Part shown: positions 1-9,771 of the stretch, piece by piece
How the letters are laid out: each line of letters opens with the position of its first letter
Numbering within the stretch: position 1 is the first letter of the stretch
Virus record (IMG/VR): IMGVR_UViG_2713896769_000015
Strand: one strand, 5' to 3'
Origin: a virus
Lineage: Duplodnaviria; Heunggongvirae; Uroviricota; Caudoviricetes
Length of the DNA stretch: 17,127 nt
Program-made: the position numbers and the translations under genes
The notes under the pieces: model-generated
The model's database searches: none
The model's input: the letters and a program-made list of their open reading frames with translations, nothing else
What the model was told of the DNA's origin: nothing

Positions 1-932
1 GCATCCCACATGGATTTGAATGCCCGTGCAGTCCTGTCTGCCCAGGTCTCCAGCGTGCCCATGTTCTCTTTCAGGCAGCGGGTCTGCTCATCAAAGCCTT
101 TCGTGGCGATATCGTTCGCCGCCTGTAAGGCCCCGGCCTCATCACCGGAACGCTGCAGCTGCGCAACATACGCAATCTGCTCCGCCGTCACGTTATGGAA
201 CTGGCGTGCCATCGCCGTCAGCCCCGACGTCGGGTCTGTGGTCAGCTTCCCGAAGGCTTCAGCAACCTTGTCCACCTCCACACCGGATGCAGAAGCAAAA
301 CGCGCGACACTCTGGTTGATGGCATCAAACTGTTCACCACCACGCACACCGGCATTCACCAGGGCTGCCAGTGACTCACTCGCCTGGTTAAACGTCAGCC
401 CTGCGGCCTGTCCGGCTCTGGAGAGCGTCAACATGCGATCGGCAGTCAGTCCGGACTGATTACCGGAAAGAACCAGGGTTTTATTAAACGCTGAAAGCGT
501 GGAATCCCCCTGGTACCAGGCGTACGCCAGCGCACCTGTCGCCACCGCCAGCGAGGTGACCCCGACCATCGGCAGGGTGATCGCACCGGCAAGCCCCCTG
601 AGCATGGGGATCATCCCGCCGAAGGAGTCCTTCACCTGACCGCCCTGTTGCAGCAGGATCAGCCAGGGATTCTGACCACCGGCAAGCTGCGTGGCGATAT
701 CCGTAAACTGTGCGGGCAGGGTGCGCATGGCCGCTTTATACTGTCCGACGGAAATCCCGGCTTTTTGCGCAGCCAGCGCCTGACGGCTCAGGCCCTGTTC
801 AACAGCAGTGGCGGTTTTTCTGGCGTCAGTATCCAGTCCTGAAAAATGACGCCTTACCCGGCTCATCTGCTCATCGAAACGGACCGCATCCAGACTCAGG
901 TCAATAATAAGATCACCAACCGGCTGGGACAT
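1..932 (-). CDS. H: Tail tape measure protein (lambda gpH-like), N-terminal part only; gene runs past the window start
   Basis: Minus-strand translation from ATG at 930-932 gives MSQPVGDLIIDLSLD..., and codons at 603-659 give ILLQQGGQVKDSFGGMIPM, both matching my recollection of lambda gpH. Absent from the ORF track only because no stop codon lies inside the window. The plus-strand ORFs 10-459 and 20-319 are antisense artefacts. Confidence 0.85.
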   Translation of the reverse strand, partial: MSQPVGDLIIDLSLDAVRFDEQMSRVRRHFSGLDTDARKTATAVEQGLSRQALAAQKAGISVGQYKAAMRTLPAQFTDIATQLAGGQNPWLILLQQGGQVKDSFGGMIPMLRGLAGAITLPMVGVTSLAVATGALAYAWYQGDSTLSAFNKTLVLSGNQSGLTADRMLTLSRAGQAAGLTFNQASESLAALVNAGVRGGEQFDAINQSVARFASASGVEVDKVAEAFGKLTTDPTSGLTAMARQFHNVTAEQIAYVAQLQRSGDEAGALQAANDIATKGFDEQTRCLKENMGTLETWADRTARAFKSMWD

Positions 933-1784
933 ATCTCACACCTCCTGGAATCCCCGCTGAAGCCATCATTAATGCGGCATCATCCACCATGACATCCGCC
1001 ACATCCGCAGACGATAAAATATCGCCCCCTCCGTCCCCACCGAACCGGACGCCTCCGGCAAGTCCTGCCGCTTTCTGCATCAGCATTTTGTCCTCATCCA
1101 GCCTCTCCACCTGCTCTTCCTCATGCCGGGGGACAAGCAGACTGAAATCAGAGGGATGCATATCCGGATCGCAAAAAAACAGGCTGAGTACAGCGTACAT
1201 CAGCCCGGAAAAATGCATATCCAGTTGGGTATCCTGAAAATAATGCGTGCGGTAAAAATGTCGCCAGTCGGCATATTCGGTGGATGTCATCCCGGCAAGC
1301 ATGGCGCGCCAGTCAGGCCTCCCCATCTCTCGCGCCAGTCTGAGGGCAAAATTCAGCTCGCCGTCGAAGACTTTCCCGCAGAAAAATCATCATCAGTAAG
1401 CGCGTTATTTTTCGCCACTTCGGTGATATCCGTATCCACATGAACAGCCCCGCTCATCCCGGACAGACGCAACACCACGTCTTCCGCCCGGGCAATGGCA
1501 TCAGCAGGCCAGGTGGTGAGCACCTCCTGTTCGATCTGCATCACAGCCTCATTCATTGATGGTGACTCCGTTTTCTGTGGATGGTTATGCCACAGGGACA
1601 TCGCCACCAGAAACGCGCCGGTTCTGACAAGGTCTTCCACGCTCACCTGCAGGTTACCGCTGGCTTCAGCCTGTTCTGCCCGTCGTTTCAGCAGGGCAAG
1701 ATGCTCGATACGCTGCAGCGCAGACAATTCGGAAAGCGTGACGGACACACCGTTATATTCAAATTGTTCTGTTTTCAGAAACAT
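913..1784 (-). CDS. T: Tail assembly chaperone G-T fusion made by programmed -1 ribosomal frameshift; T-frame portion is 913-1371
   Basis: Slippery heptamer G GGA AAG (plus strand 1371-1377, ctttccc) sits in the zero frame at the 3' end of G. The -1 frame is open from 1371 down to the stop at 913-915 and reads VFDGELNFALRLAREMGRPDWRAMLAGM..., as in lambda gpT. Confidence 0.8.
1353..1784 (-). CDS. G: Tail assembly chaperone G (lambda gpG-like)
   Basis: 143 aa, MFLKTEQFEYNGVSVTLSELSALQRIEHLALLKRRAEQAE...GAFLVAMSLWHNHPQKT, closely matching lambda gpG as I recall it. Position between V and T is syntenic. Confidence 0.85.
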   Translation of the reverse strand: MFLKTEQFEYNGVSVTLSELSALQRIEHLALLKRRAEQAEASGNLQVSVEDLVRTGAFLVAMSLWHNHPQKTESPSMNEAVMQIEQEVLTTWPADAIARAEDVVLRLSGMSGAVHVDTDITEVAKNNALTDDDFSAGKSSTAS

Positions 1785-1797
1785 GTATTACCTCCGT

Positions 1798-2550
1798 TTA
1801 CCCTGCAGCGCCCGCTTCAGTAACGGTGACTTCAGCCACTGCGGCGAACTGACCATTTCCGCTCACCACAGGGATCTGCACCTTACCTGTCGCCACGCCG
1901 TTTACCGTAATTGTCATATCTTTCACACTAATGGTGGCTTTCGACGGATCGGCGGAAACCGCTCTGAACGTCTTGTCGGTTGCACTTTCCGGCTCAAAAG
2001 AAACCGTCAGGGTGGTTGTTTTCCCTTTTGCCACCGTACCGGATGTCGGCGTCACCTTAATCGCAGTGACCGGCGTAATTTCGCTGCGTTCTTCCGCCAC
2101 AGAAGGTTTGCCCACGTTGGTCACTTTCACCGTGCGGGTGATCACTTCTTTCGCCGTCACGGCCTTACCGATACTGCTGACCCAGCCACGGAACACATCC
2201 ACCGTGCCATTTGGGAAACGGATTTTATAGGCCCGCACATCCCCGCTTTCAAACCAGCCTATAAGCCCTTTCTGACCTTCTTCTCCCGGTTTCCAGGCCA
2301 GCGTAAAACTGGTATCTCCTGCAGACTTCTGCCCCTGCCCGGTCGCGGTCCAGTCCGCGTCTTCATCATCCAGGTAGTTATCATCGTAGGGTTCTGCCGT
2401 CATCTCGCCCGGCGTCAGATCCTTCACCTTAGCCAGTCGCTGCCAGTCATCGTCTGACAACGGGTTTGCATAAGCATCACCCTGACCGTTATAAACCCAC
2501 AGGGTGGTACCGGCACCTTTTACCGGTGCCAGAGGATTTGGTGTTGGCAT
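1798..2550 (-). CDS. V: Major tail protein (lambda gpV-like)
   Basis: 250 aa, [20 protein letters not shown]...[39 protein letters not shown], with a C-terminal Ig-like extension. Start ATG at 2548-2550 lies just downstream of the original U stop. Confidence 0.9.
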   Translation of the reverse strand: MPTPNPLAPVKGAGTTLWVYNGQGDAYANPLSDDDWQRLAKVKDLTPGEMTAEPYDDNYLDDEDADWTATGQGQKSAGDTSFTLAWKPGEEGQKGLIGWFESGDVRAYKIRFPNGTVDVFRGWVSSIGKAVTAKEVITRTVKVTNVGKPSVAEERSEITPVTAIKVTPTSGTVAKGKTTTLTVSFEPESATDKTFRAVSADPSKATISVKDMTITVNGVATGKVQIPVVSGNGQFAAVAEVTVTEAGAAG

Positions 2551-2557
2551 ATCGTCC

Positions 2558-5111
<2,554 letters not shown>

Positions 5112-5119
5112 CCACTACA

Positions 5120-5437
5120 GCCCTGCGTAACCATCGTGGTAATCAGGCCTGACAGTGCCGGGATCGCACTCATCGCCGGATAAATCCGGCTTTCCATCCA
5201 CGAATCCAGCTCTGAATCCGGCACCTGAGCAGGCAGGAAAACTTCAATATGCAGCTCCGCCTGCCAGGTATCGCTGTCCAGCGCTTCGCCCGTGTATTCA
5301 GCGCCGGTGAGATAAACAGCAATTGCCGGAAAATCCGCCTCATCAAAAACAGCGGGGCGACCATCAAACAGCGTCGCCCCGTGTTCATGCTGCTCGAGTG
5401 CATCCAGCACTGCAGCACGGATATCAGTATGTTTCAT
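5120..5437 (-). pseudogene. U: Tail terminator gene U (lambda gpU-like), 5' part truncated by the IS insertion
   Basis: MKHTDIRAAVLDALEQHEHGATLFDGRPAVFDEADFPAIAVYLTGAEYTGEALDSDTWQAELHIEVFLPAQVPDSELDSWMESRIYPAMSAIPALSGLITTMVTQG matches lambda gpU up to residue 106. The remaining 12 residues of track ORF 5081-5437 ([12 protein letters not shown]) are encoded by the IS right end. Confidence 0.85.
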
Positions 5438-6009
5438 CGCTTTATCACAATCCTTAGTTGTTGTTTCAACGCATAGCCCAGTTCTTTTGGCAGACGTTCT
5501 CGCCGGATACGGTTAACGTTCTCATCAAAAGCCTGCTTCAGTGGGGCCGCCATCGGAATTTTAACCACCTGAATGGGAAGACGATTACGCTTTTTCCTTC
5601 CTTTATCGTCATTGCCCTTCGCATACCGGGCTTCTGGCAAACGTTGCATAACATGCCAGCGCCCATTATTTAATCGCTGGATGAATGCCCGCTGATAACG
5701 ATGCTGACCGGCTTTAAGTATGCTGTTCGGACGATGACCAAGCATCCTGATCCCCAGCTTAATAGCAGGGAGATCACCGCGGTTAACGATAATTCTGGCA
5801 TTCGGATTTCTGACCGTCGCCCGTTTCAGTCTGGACCGTTCCTTTACCAGTTTCCGGCTCACCCTGGTCTCCCGGGCAACCTGTGATGAAGACTGATTAA
5901 TCGCCGTTGTAGCCACGCGGTTAATAGCCATTGCTGAAGCCGACGGAATGGCGTTTTTACGAACCCGGCTCAGATTTTCAATCGCCTGATCAAGCCCTTT
6001 TATCGCCAT
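5434..6009 (-). CDS. Z: Minor tail protein Z (lambda gpZ-like)
   Basis: 191 aa, MAIKGLDQAIENLSRVRKNAIPSASAMAINRVATTAINQSSSQVARETRVSRKLVKERSRLKRATV...RERLPKELGYALKQQLRIVIKR, near-collinear with lambda gpZ. Stop overlaps the U start (ATGA). Confidence 0.9.
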   Translation of the reverse strand: MAIKGLDQAIENLSRVRKNAIPSASAMAINRVATTAINQSSSQVARETRVSRKLVKERSRLKRATVRNPNARIIVNRGDLPAIKLGIRMLGHRPNSILKAGQHRYQRAFIQRLNNGRWHVMQRLPEARYAKGNDDKGRKKRNRLPIQVVKIPMAAPLKQAFDENVNRIRRERLPKELGYALKQQLRIVIKR

Positions 6010-6023
6010 AATTCACCCTGCGT

Positions 6024-6377
6024 TTATCGTCGCCGGTTAACTGCGGGTGGTTGCCCACGGTTCAGCCAGAGATAACAACTGCCCCCGTCATCCGGAGAAA
6101 CACGATCCACCCAGAACGTCTCACCATTAATGGTCAACGTGTCACCACGCCGCACGGCACGAACCGTATCCGTCCGCACAAATAATGACGGGCTGCTTCC
6201 TTCAATACGGATCCCACTACTGGCAAACCCCAGCGACTCCGGATCGTCAAAAACCCCCTGAACTTCGCCGCCACGCTGTGCACCGGAGGTGAACTGCGCA
6301 CTGATGCCCATCACTTCAACAATCGTACTGTCCACCCCGGCAAGGGCGGCATCAAAGGCATTCTGAAAATCACGCAT
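6024..6377 (-). CDS. FII: Head-tail connector protein FII (lambda gpFII-like)
   Basis: MRDFQNAFDAALAGVDSTI...GVFDDPESLGFASSGIRIEGSSPSLFVRTDTVRAVRRGDTLTINGETFWVDRVSPDDGGSCYLWLNRGQPPAVNRRR matches lambda gpFII. Start chosen at the internal Met (6375-6377) that aligns with the lambda N-terminus; the track ORF extends to 6413. Confidence 0.85.
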   Translation of the reverse strand: MRDFQNAFDAALAGVDSTIVEVMGISAQFTSGAQRGGEVQGVFDDPESLGFASSGIRIEGSSPSLFVRTDTVRAVRRGDTLTINGETFWVDRVSPDDGGSCYLWLNRGQPPAVNRRR

Positions 6378-6744
6378 AAACAGCCATTCCACCATCAACG
6401 TGTGTTTTTGCATCTGAGGACATAATCAGAATCACCCGACCAACATCCGCAAGCTCAACGGATTCCCCCGTTTCACCATCAACGCCACAGAGATGGAGGC
6501 AGGTCAGAACTCTGATGCGCGTTAACGCGCCGGATGTTTCCTCACGAACATCATGAGCCGCGTTTTCCCTCTCCCGGATATCCATATTCATAACCTGTAC
6601 ATCATCGCCGGATGACTGCATTTCCTCTTCCCATTCTGCCACCCGCTGCGCTATCTCTGCGGCACTCCCGGATATATCCGGCTCACGCCCCAGAATCAGG
6701 GCCAGTTCATCAAGCCGTTTCAGATTTTGCTCTTTCGTTGCCAT
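6370..6744 (-). CDS. FI: DNA packaging / head completion protein FI (lambda gpFI-like)
   Basis: Start ATG at 6742-6744 preceded by SD agggggat; MATKEQNLKRLDELALILGRE... is acidic and lambda-FI-like. The track ORF begins further upstream at 6792, which would leave only 3 nt between it and the E stop, so I prefer the start at 6744. Confidence 0.75.
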   Translation of the reverse strand: MATKEQNLKRLDELALILGREPDISGSAAEIAQRVAEWEEEMQSSGDDVQVMNMDIRERENAAHDVREETSGALTRIRVLTCLHLCGVDGETGESVELADVGRVILIMSSDAKTHVDGGMAVYA

Positions 6745-6755
6745 ATCATCCCCCT

Positions 6756-6789
6756 GTGAAAAAAGACACGGGGGCATTTCGCCCCCGCT
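6756..6789 (-). terminator. Hairpin plus U-tract (intrinsic-terminator-like) in the E-FI intergenic spacer
   Basis: Minus-strand RNA reads gcgggggc-gaaat-gcccccgt followed by gtctttttt, i.e. a GC stem of 6-8 bp with a 5-nt loop and a U-run, 10-20 nt before the FI SD. Confidence 0.4.
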
Positions 6790-6795
6790 CACGGA

Positions 6796-7824
6796 TTATT
6801 TCACCTGTACCACCACAAACTCATCCGGGTCCGGCAACACCATCAGCGGCGCGGACTGCGTCATGGTAAATTCACGGGCGGGATCCCCTACCGTCAGCCA
6901 GTGTTTCGGATAACGGGAAGAGGCCACCACACCTTCGGACAACGCCTGCGCATCCTGAATGGCACCATAGCAACGAATGCCCTCTGCTGCCGTATTCCCC
7001 AGGACCAGCGAGCCCTCAGGCAGATAACGTTTTTCGGTACCGTCCTCTGCCACATAAGACGTTTTTGCCACCACAATGGCCAGATCGCCGTAATACCCTT
7101 TGAAGGACACCACCGCGCCCAGGTCTTTCACCGCTGTTTCGAGTTGCGAATTAGAGCCGCGACGGGTATCCAGTTTTTCGCGGAACAATTTAAAGCCATT
7201 CAGCAGACGCCAGACGGTACCGTCCATAATGGCAATATTCACAAGACCGCTGGCCTGGTCGCAGTAGAGGTCAAGATCATGTGTAGGATCGAACGTGTCA
7301 CGATCCTGTTTTGACCACTCCTTACCACTACCCTGAGTGATGTTATTCTTCGTCGACCTGCCAAAATCGACCTCAATTTTCTCGAACTGGTCTCCTTCCA
7401 TCGTATATTTGCCATACAGCACAGCATTTACCGCCTGCATTTCTTCCACCTGGACAATGGCGTGCTCTTCCTGTTTGAGGTTATCAGTGATGATACGCAG
7501 ACGACGGTAGGCCGGGTCGTTCAGCTGAGCCGGATCTTCACCGGGAAGACGCTCAACCGCCTGCTGGTAATTAAATTCGTGTTTCGGCTTGACGTAGCCC
7601 GGACGTAACACGCGGGTTTCACCACCACGATGACGCAGCACTTTTCCTTCAACAACCGGGGAAACATAGGCCGCCACCGGCGTTTTTCCGGTAATTTTGT
7701 CCAGCATCACCTCTTCGGTATGGAAATTCACCGTACGGCGGAAAAACAGCTCCAGAAACAGCGCACGAAATTTCACTTTTTGTTCGGTATAACCGAGTAA
7801 CTGGCGGGTCGTAAACAATCCCAT
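6796..7824 (-). CDS. E: Major capsid protein (lambda gpE-like)
   Basis: 342 aa with blocks KPKHEF, NITQGSGKEWSK, DTRRGSNSQLETAVKDLG and YPKHWLTVGDPAREFTMTQSAPLM shared with lambda gpE. SD aaggaa precedes the ATG at 7822-7824. Confidence 0.95.
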   Translation of the reverse strand: MGLFTTRQLLGYTEQKVKFRALFLELFFRRTVNFHTEEVMLDKITGKTPVAAYVSPVVEGKVLRHRGGETRVLRPGYVKPKHEFNYQQAVERLPGEDPAQLNDPAYRRLRIITDNLKQEEHAIVQVEEMQAVNAVLYGKYTMEGDQFEKIEVDFGRSTKNNITQGSGKEWSKQDRDTFDPTHDLDLYCDQASGLVNIAIMDGTVWRLLNGFKLFREKLDTRRGSNSQLETAVKDLGAVVSFKGYYGDLAIVVAKTSYVAEDGTEKRYLPEGSLVLGNTAAEGIRCYGAIQDAQALSEGVVASSRYPKHWLTVGDPAREFTMTQSAPLMVLPDPDEFVVVQVK

Positions 7825-7852
7825 AAATCAGTTCCTTTCATTCAGAAATCAG

Positions 7853-7874
7853 TCAGGCCACCGCGGTGGCCTGA
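7853..7874. other. Perfect 22-bp palindrome in the D-E intergenic spacer
   Basis: tcaggccaccgcggtggcctga equals its own reverse complement. It lies between the D stop (7882-7884) and the E start (7824) and has no adjacent U-tract. Confidence 0.6.
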
Positions 7875-7881
7875 TAACGTG

Positions 7882-8229
7882 TTACGGCAGCGCCGCGTGA
7901 CTCAGGGCACTGCCGGCAAAGGCGTTGGCCTTTTTGTGTTCATCCACACTTTCAGGCCAGCGGATTGCCTCCGTCGCAAAGGTCCCCGACTTGTAATAGG
8001 TCAGCGCCGTCTCTGTGCCTTCAAGCGGCAGTACCAGTATGCCAACCGCACTACCGGCTTTTTGTCCGTCCCAGACCACCAGTTTCCCGGTTGCCTCATC
8101 CAGCATCAGGGGCGTCAGTGCCGGTGTTGCCGAGGAAATCCCGCTGCTGCCTGTGGCGGTATGAGCCGGATCATTACCGGCAAAAATACGTACTTCCGCA
8201 CGCTGTTCAGTGATAGTTTTCGTCACCAT
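7882..8229 (-). CDS. D: Head decoration protein (lambda gpD-like)
   Basis: 115 aa, ...DPAHTATGSSGISSATPALTPLMLDEATGKLVVWDGQKAGSAVGILV...YYKSGTF...AFAG..., matching lambda gpD blocks. Strong SD caGGAGGt before the ATG at 8227-8229. Confidence 0.9.
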   Translation of the reverse strand: MVTKTITEQRAEVRIFAGNDPAHTATGSSGISSATPALTPLMLDEATGKLVVWDGQKAGSAVGILVLPLEGTETALTYYKSGTFATEAIRWPESVDEHKKANAFAGSALSHAALP

Positions 8230-8265
8230 ATTGTAAAAACCTCCTGTTGATGGTCAGCACTGGCT

Positions 8266-9771
8266 TCATGGCATGGCCATGAGCATTTTCACGTCCGCAT
8301 CACCGTCTGCTGACGTCTGTGGCACGCCACCCTGTACCGCTGCCGGTGAATGGTTCGCCATGATGCGTTCAAACATGGCGGTTGTGGATGCAGAGACCGG
8401 TTCTGCCTTACCTGATCCCGCAGCCAGCACAGCCCGGGCGCTCTCCACAGTCATTCCCGGGCAGGCAGCCAGCTGTTCAGCCTGCGCCTCAGCCCCTTTT
8501 GCCTCATCCAGTGCCATGATCTGATCACGGAGTGAGGGTCCGGCATCCGCCTGCGGTGAAGCAGCCAGGATCGGGCGGGCTTTTTCCACCGTCATCTCCG
8601 GCATCGCCGCCAGCGTTGCCGCCAGTTGTTCACGACCTTTCGCTTCTTCACACGCCATAATGCGATCGGCTTCACTCTGCGCGGATGCCACCGGCTGCTG
8701 TGGTGCCGCCGCGGCCAGAATCGCCCGGGCCTGTTCAACGCTCATGCCCTGTTGTCCTGCCAGCATCGTGGCAAGCTGTTCACGTCCTTTCGCTTCCTGG
8801 CATGTCAGGATCCCCATCACTCGCTGGTTCTCCTGCGCGGCGGCTTCCGTTGCAGTTAATTGCGGCATAGTGCCTCCTCTGACATTACTGTTCAGCGCCG
8901 TGGCCATCACACTGATGGCATCCGACGCATTGATTAATTCATCCGCCAGCCCGGCCTCAATGCCGGACTGACCTTCAAAAACGGCGGCCTCTGTTCCCGT
9001 GACAGCATCAACAGACAGACCGGTATACATCGCTACTTTTTCAGCAAACATCCGGCGCGCCGCATCAATGCGCTGTTGCATGTCCTGGCGAACCTCTGCC
9101 GGCAACGCTTCAAACTGATTGCCATCCACCTTGTGCGCCCCTGAGTAAATCAGCGTGATATCAACACCGGCCTGCGCCAGATGACCGGCATAGCTGACAT
9201 GGCTCATCATCACGCCAATGGAGCCGATACGGGATGTCTGGGTAACCAGCCGTCGGGAGCAGGCCGACGCCAGCAGCATGGCTGCAGAGCAGGCCGTGTC
9301 ATTGCACAGTGCCCAGACCGGCTTCTGCTGACGGAGGCGGTAAATCATGTCAGCGCAGTCAAACGCGCCGGCGGCCTGCCCGCCCGGACTGTCAATGTCC
9401 AGCAGTACGCCCCGCACCTGGCTATCCGCCATTGCCTGCTGAAGACAGGCGACAATGCCGTCATAGCCTGTCATTCCGGAAAATGGCCGCATACCCCCCA
9501 GCCGGTGCACCAGCGTGCCGGTCACCGGCAGTACAGCAATACCGTTCACCACCCGGTAAACACGGGCCGGTCGTTTACCTCCGGCCATGTACTCGTCCGT
9601 TTCAGCCAGCATTCCGGGAGCATCAAACTGTACCTGCTGTTGTGGTACCGAAAGACTTGATGCCCCCATCTCGCGCCCGAGCGCGCAAAAGAAAACCCGC
9701 GCATAGGCGGGCTCCAGAAGCAGCGGTTCATTGAATGCTGCGGCAATAATGTGTGAAAGATTACGTCTCAC
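8266..9771 (-). CDS. C: Head maturation protease / minor capsid protein C with C-terminal scaffold (Nu3-like) region; S49 peptidase family
   Basis: 501 aa, GTG start overlapping the end of B. Blocks AFNEPLLLEPAYARVFFCAL, NGIAVLPVTGTLV, SGMTGYDGI, KPVWALCNDTACSAAMLLASACSRRLVTQTSRIGSIGVMM and TLIYSGAHKVDGN match lambda gpC. The C-terminal third is low-complexity scaffold-like sequence with tandem repeats. Confidence 0.9.
   Translation of the reverse strand: MRRNLSHIIAAAFNEPLLLEPAYARVFFCALGREMGASSLSVPQQQVQFDAPGMLAETDEYMAGGKRPARVYRVVNGIAVLPVTGTLVHRLGGMRPFSGMTGYDGIVACLQQAMADSQVRGVLLDIDSPGGQAAGAFDCADMIYRLRQQKPVWALCNDTACSAAMLLASACSRRLVTQTSRIGSIGVMMSHVSYAGHLAQAGVDITLIYSGAHKVDGNQFEALPAEVRQDMQQRIDAARRMFAEKVAMYTGLSVDAVTGTEAAVFEGQSGIEAGLADELINASDAISVMATALNSNVRGGTMPQLTATEAAAQENQRVMGILTCQEAKGREQLATMLAGQQGMSVEQARAILAAAAPQQPVASAQSEADRIMACEEAKGREQLAATLAAMPEMTVEKARPILAASPQADAGPSLRDQIMALDEAKGAEAQAEQLAACPGMTVESARAVLAAGSGKAEPVSASTTAMFERIMANHSPAAVQGGVPQTSADGDADVKMLMAMP
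8362..8817 (-). repeat. Three tandem, diverged repeats of about 47-52 codons inside the 3' scaffold-encoding part of C
   Basis: Protein repeats begin at residues 319, 372 and 419 of the 501-aa ORF: MGILTCQEAKGREQLATMLAGQQGMSVEQARAILAAA..., MACEEAKGREQLAATLAAMPEMTVEKARPILAAS..., MALDEAKGAEAQAEQLAACPGMTVESARAVLAAG.... At DNA level, gccagttgttcacgacctttcgcttc (about 8623-8648) and gcaagctgttcacgtcctttcgcttc (about 8771-8796) are visibly related. Confidence 0.7.

Noticed and set aside
10-907. Plus-strand ORFs 10-459, 20-319, 648-842 and 710-907
   Set aside because: They lie antisense to the tape-measure gene H, whose minus-strand translation matches lambda gpH. They are frame artefacts of GC-rich coding DNA.
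1495-2457. Plus-strand 320-aa ORF 1495-2457 (with 1581-1823 and 1931-2230)
   Set aside because: Antisense to V and G, which have clear lambda homology. The product is Cys/Arg-rich low-complexity sequence with no recognisable domain.
8362-8817. CRISPR array or other non-coding repeat array
   Set aside because: The repeats are in-frame coding repeats inside C, with diverged units and no spacer-repeat regularity. No CRISPR-like array exists anywhere in the window.
8273-9734. Plus-strand ORFs inside C (8273-8524, 8626-8859, 8660-8971, 8685-8870, 9181-9660, 9309-9734)
   Set aside because: Antisense to the protease/scaffold gene. Long open frames here are expected from the GC-rich, repeat-containing sequence.
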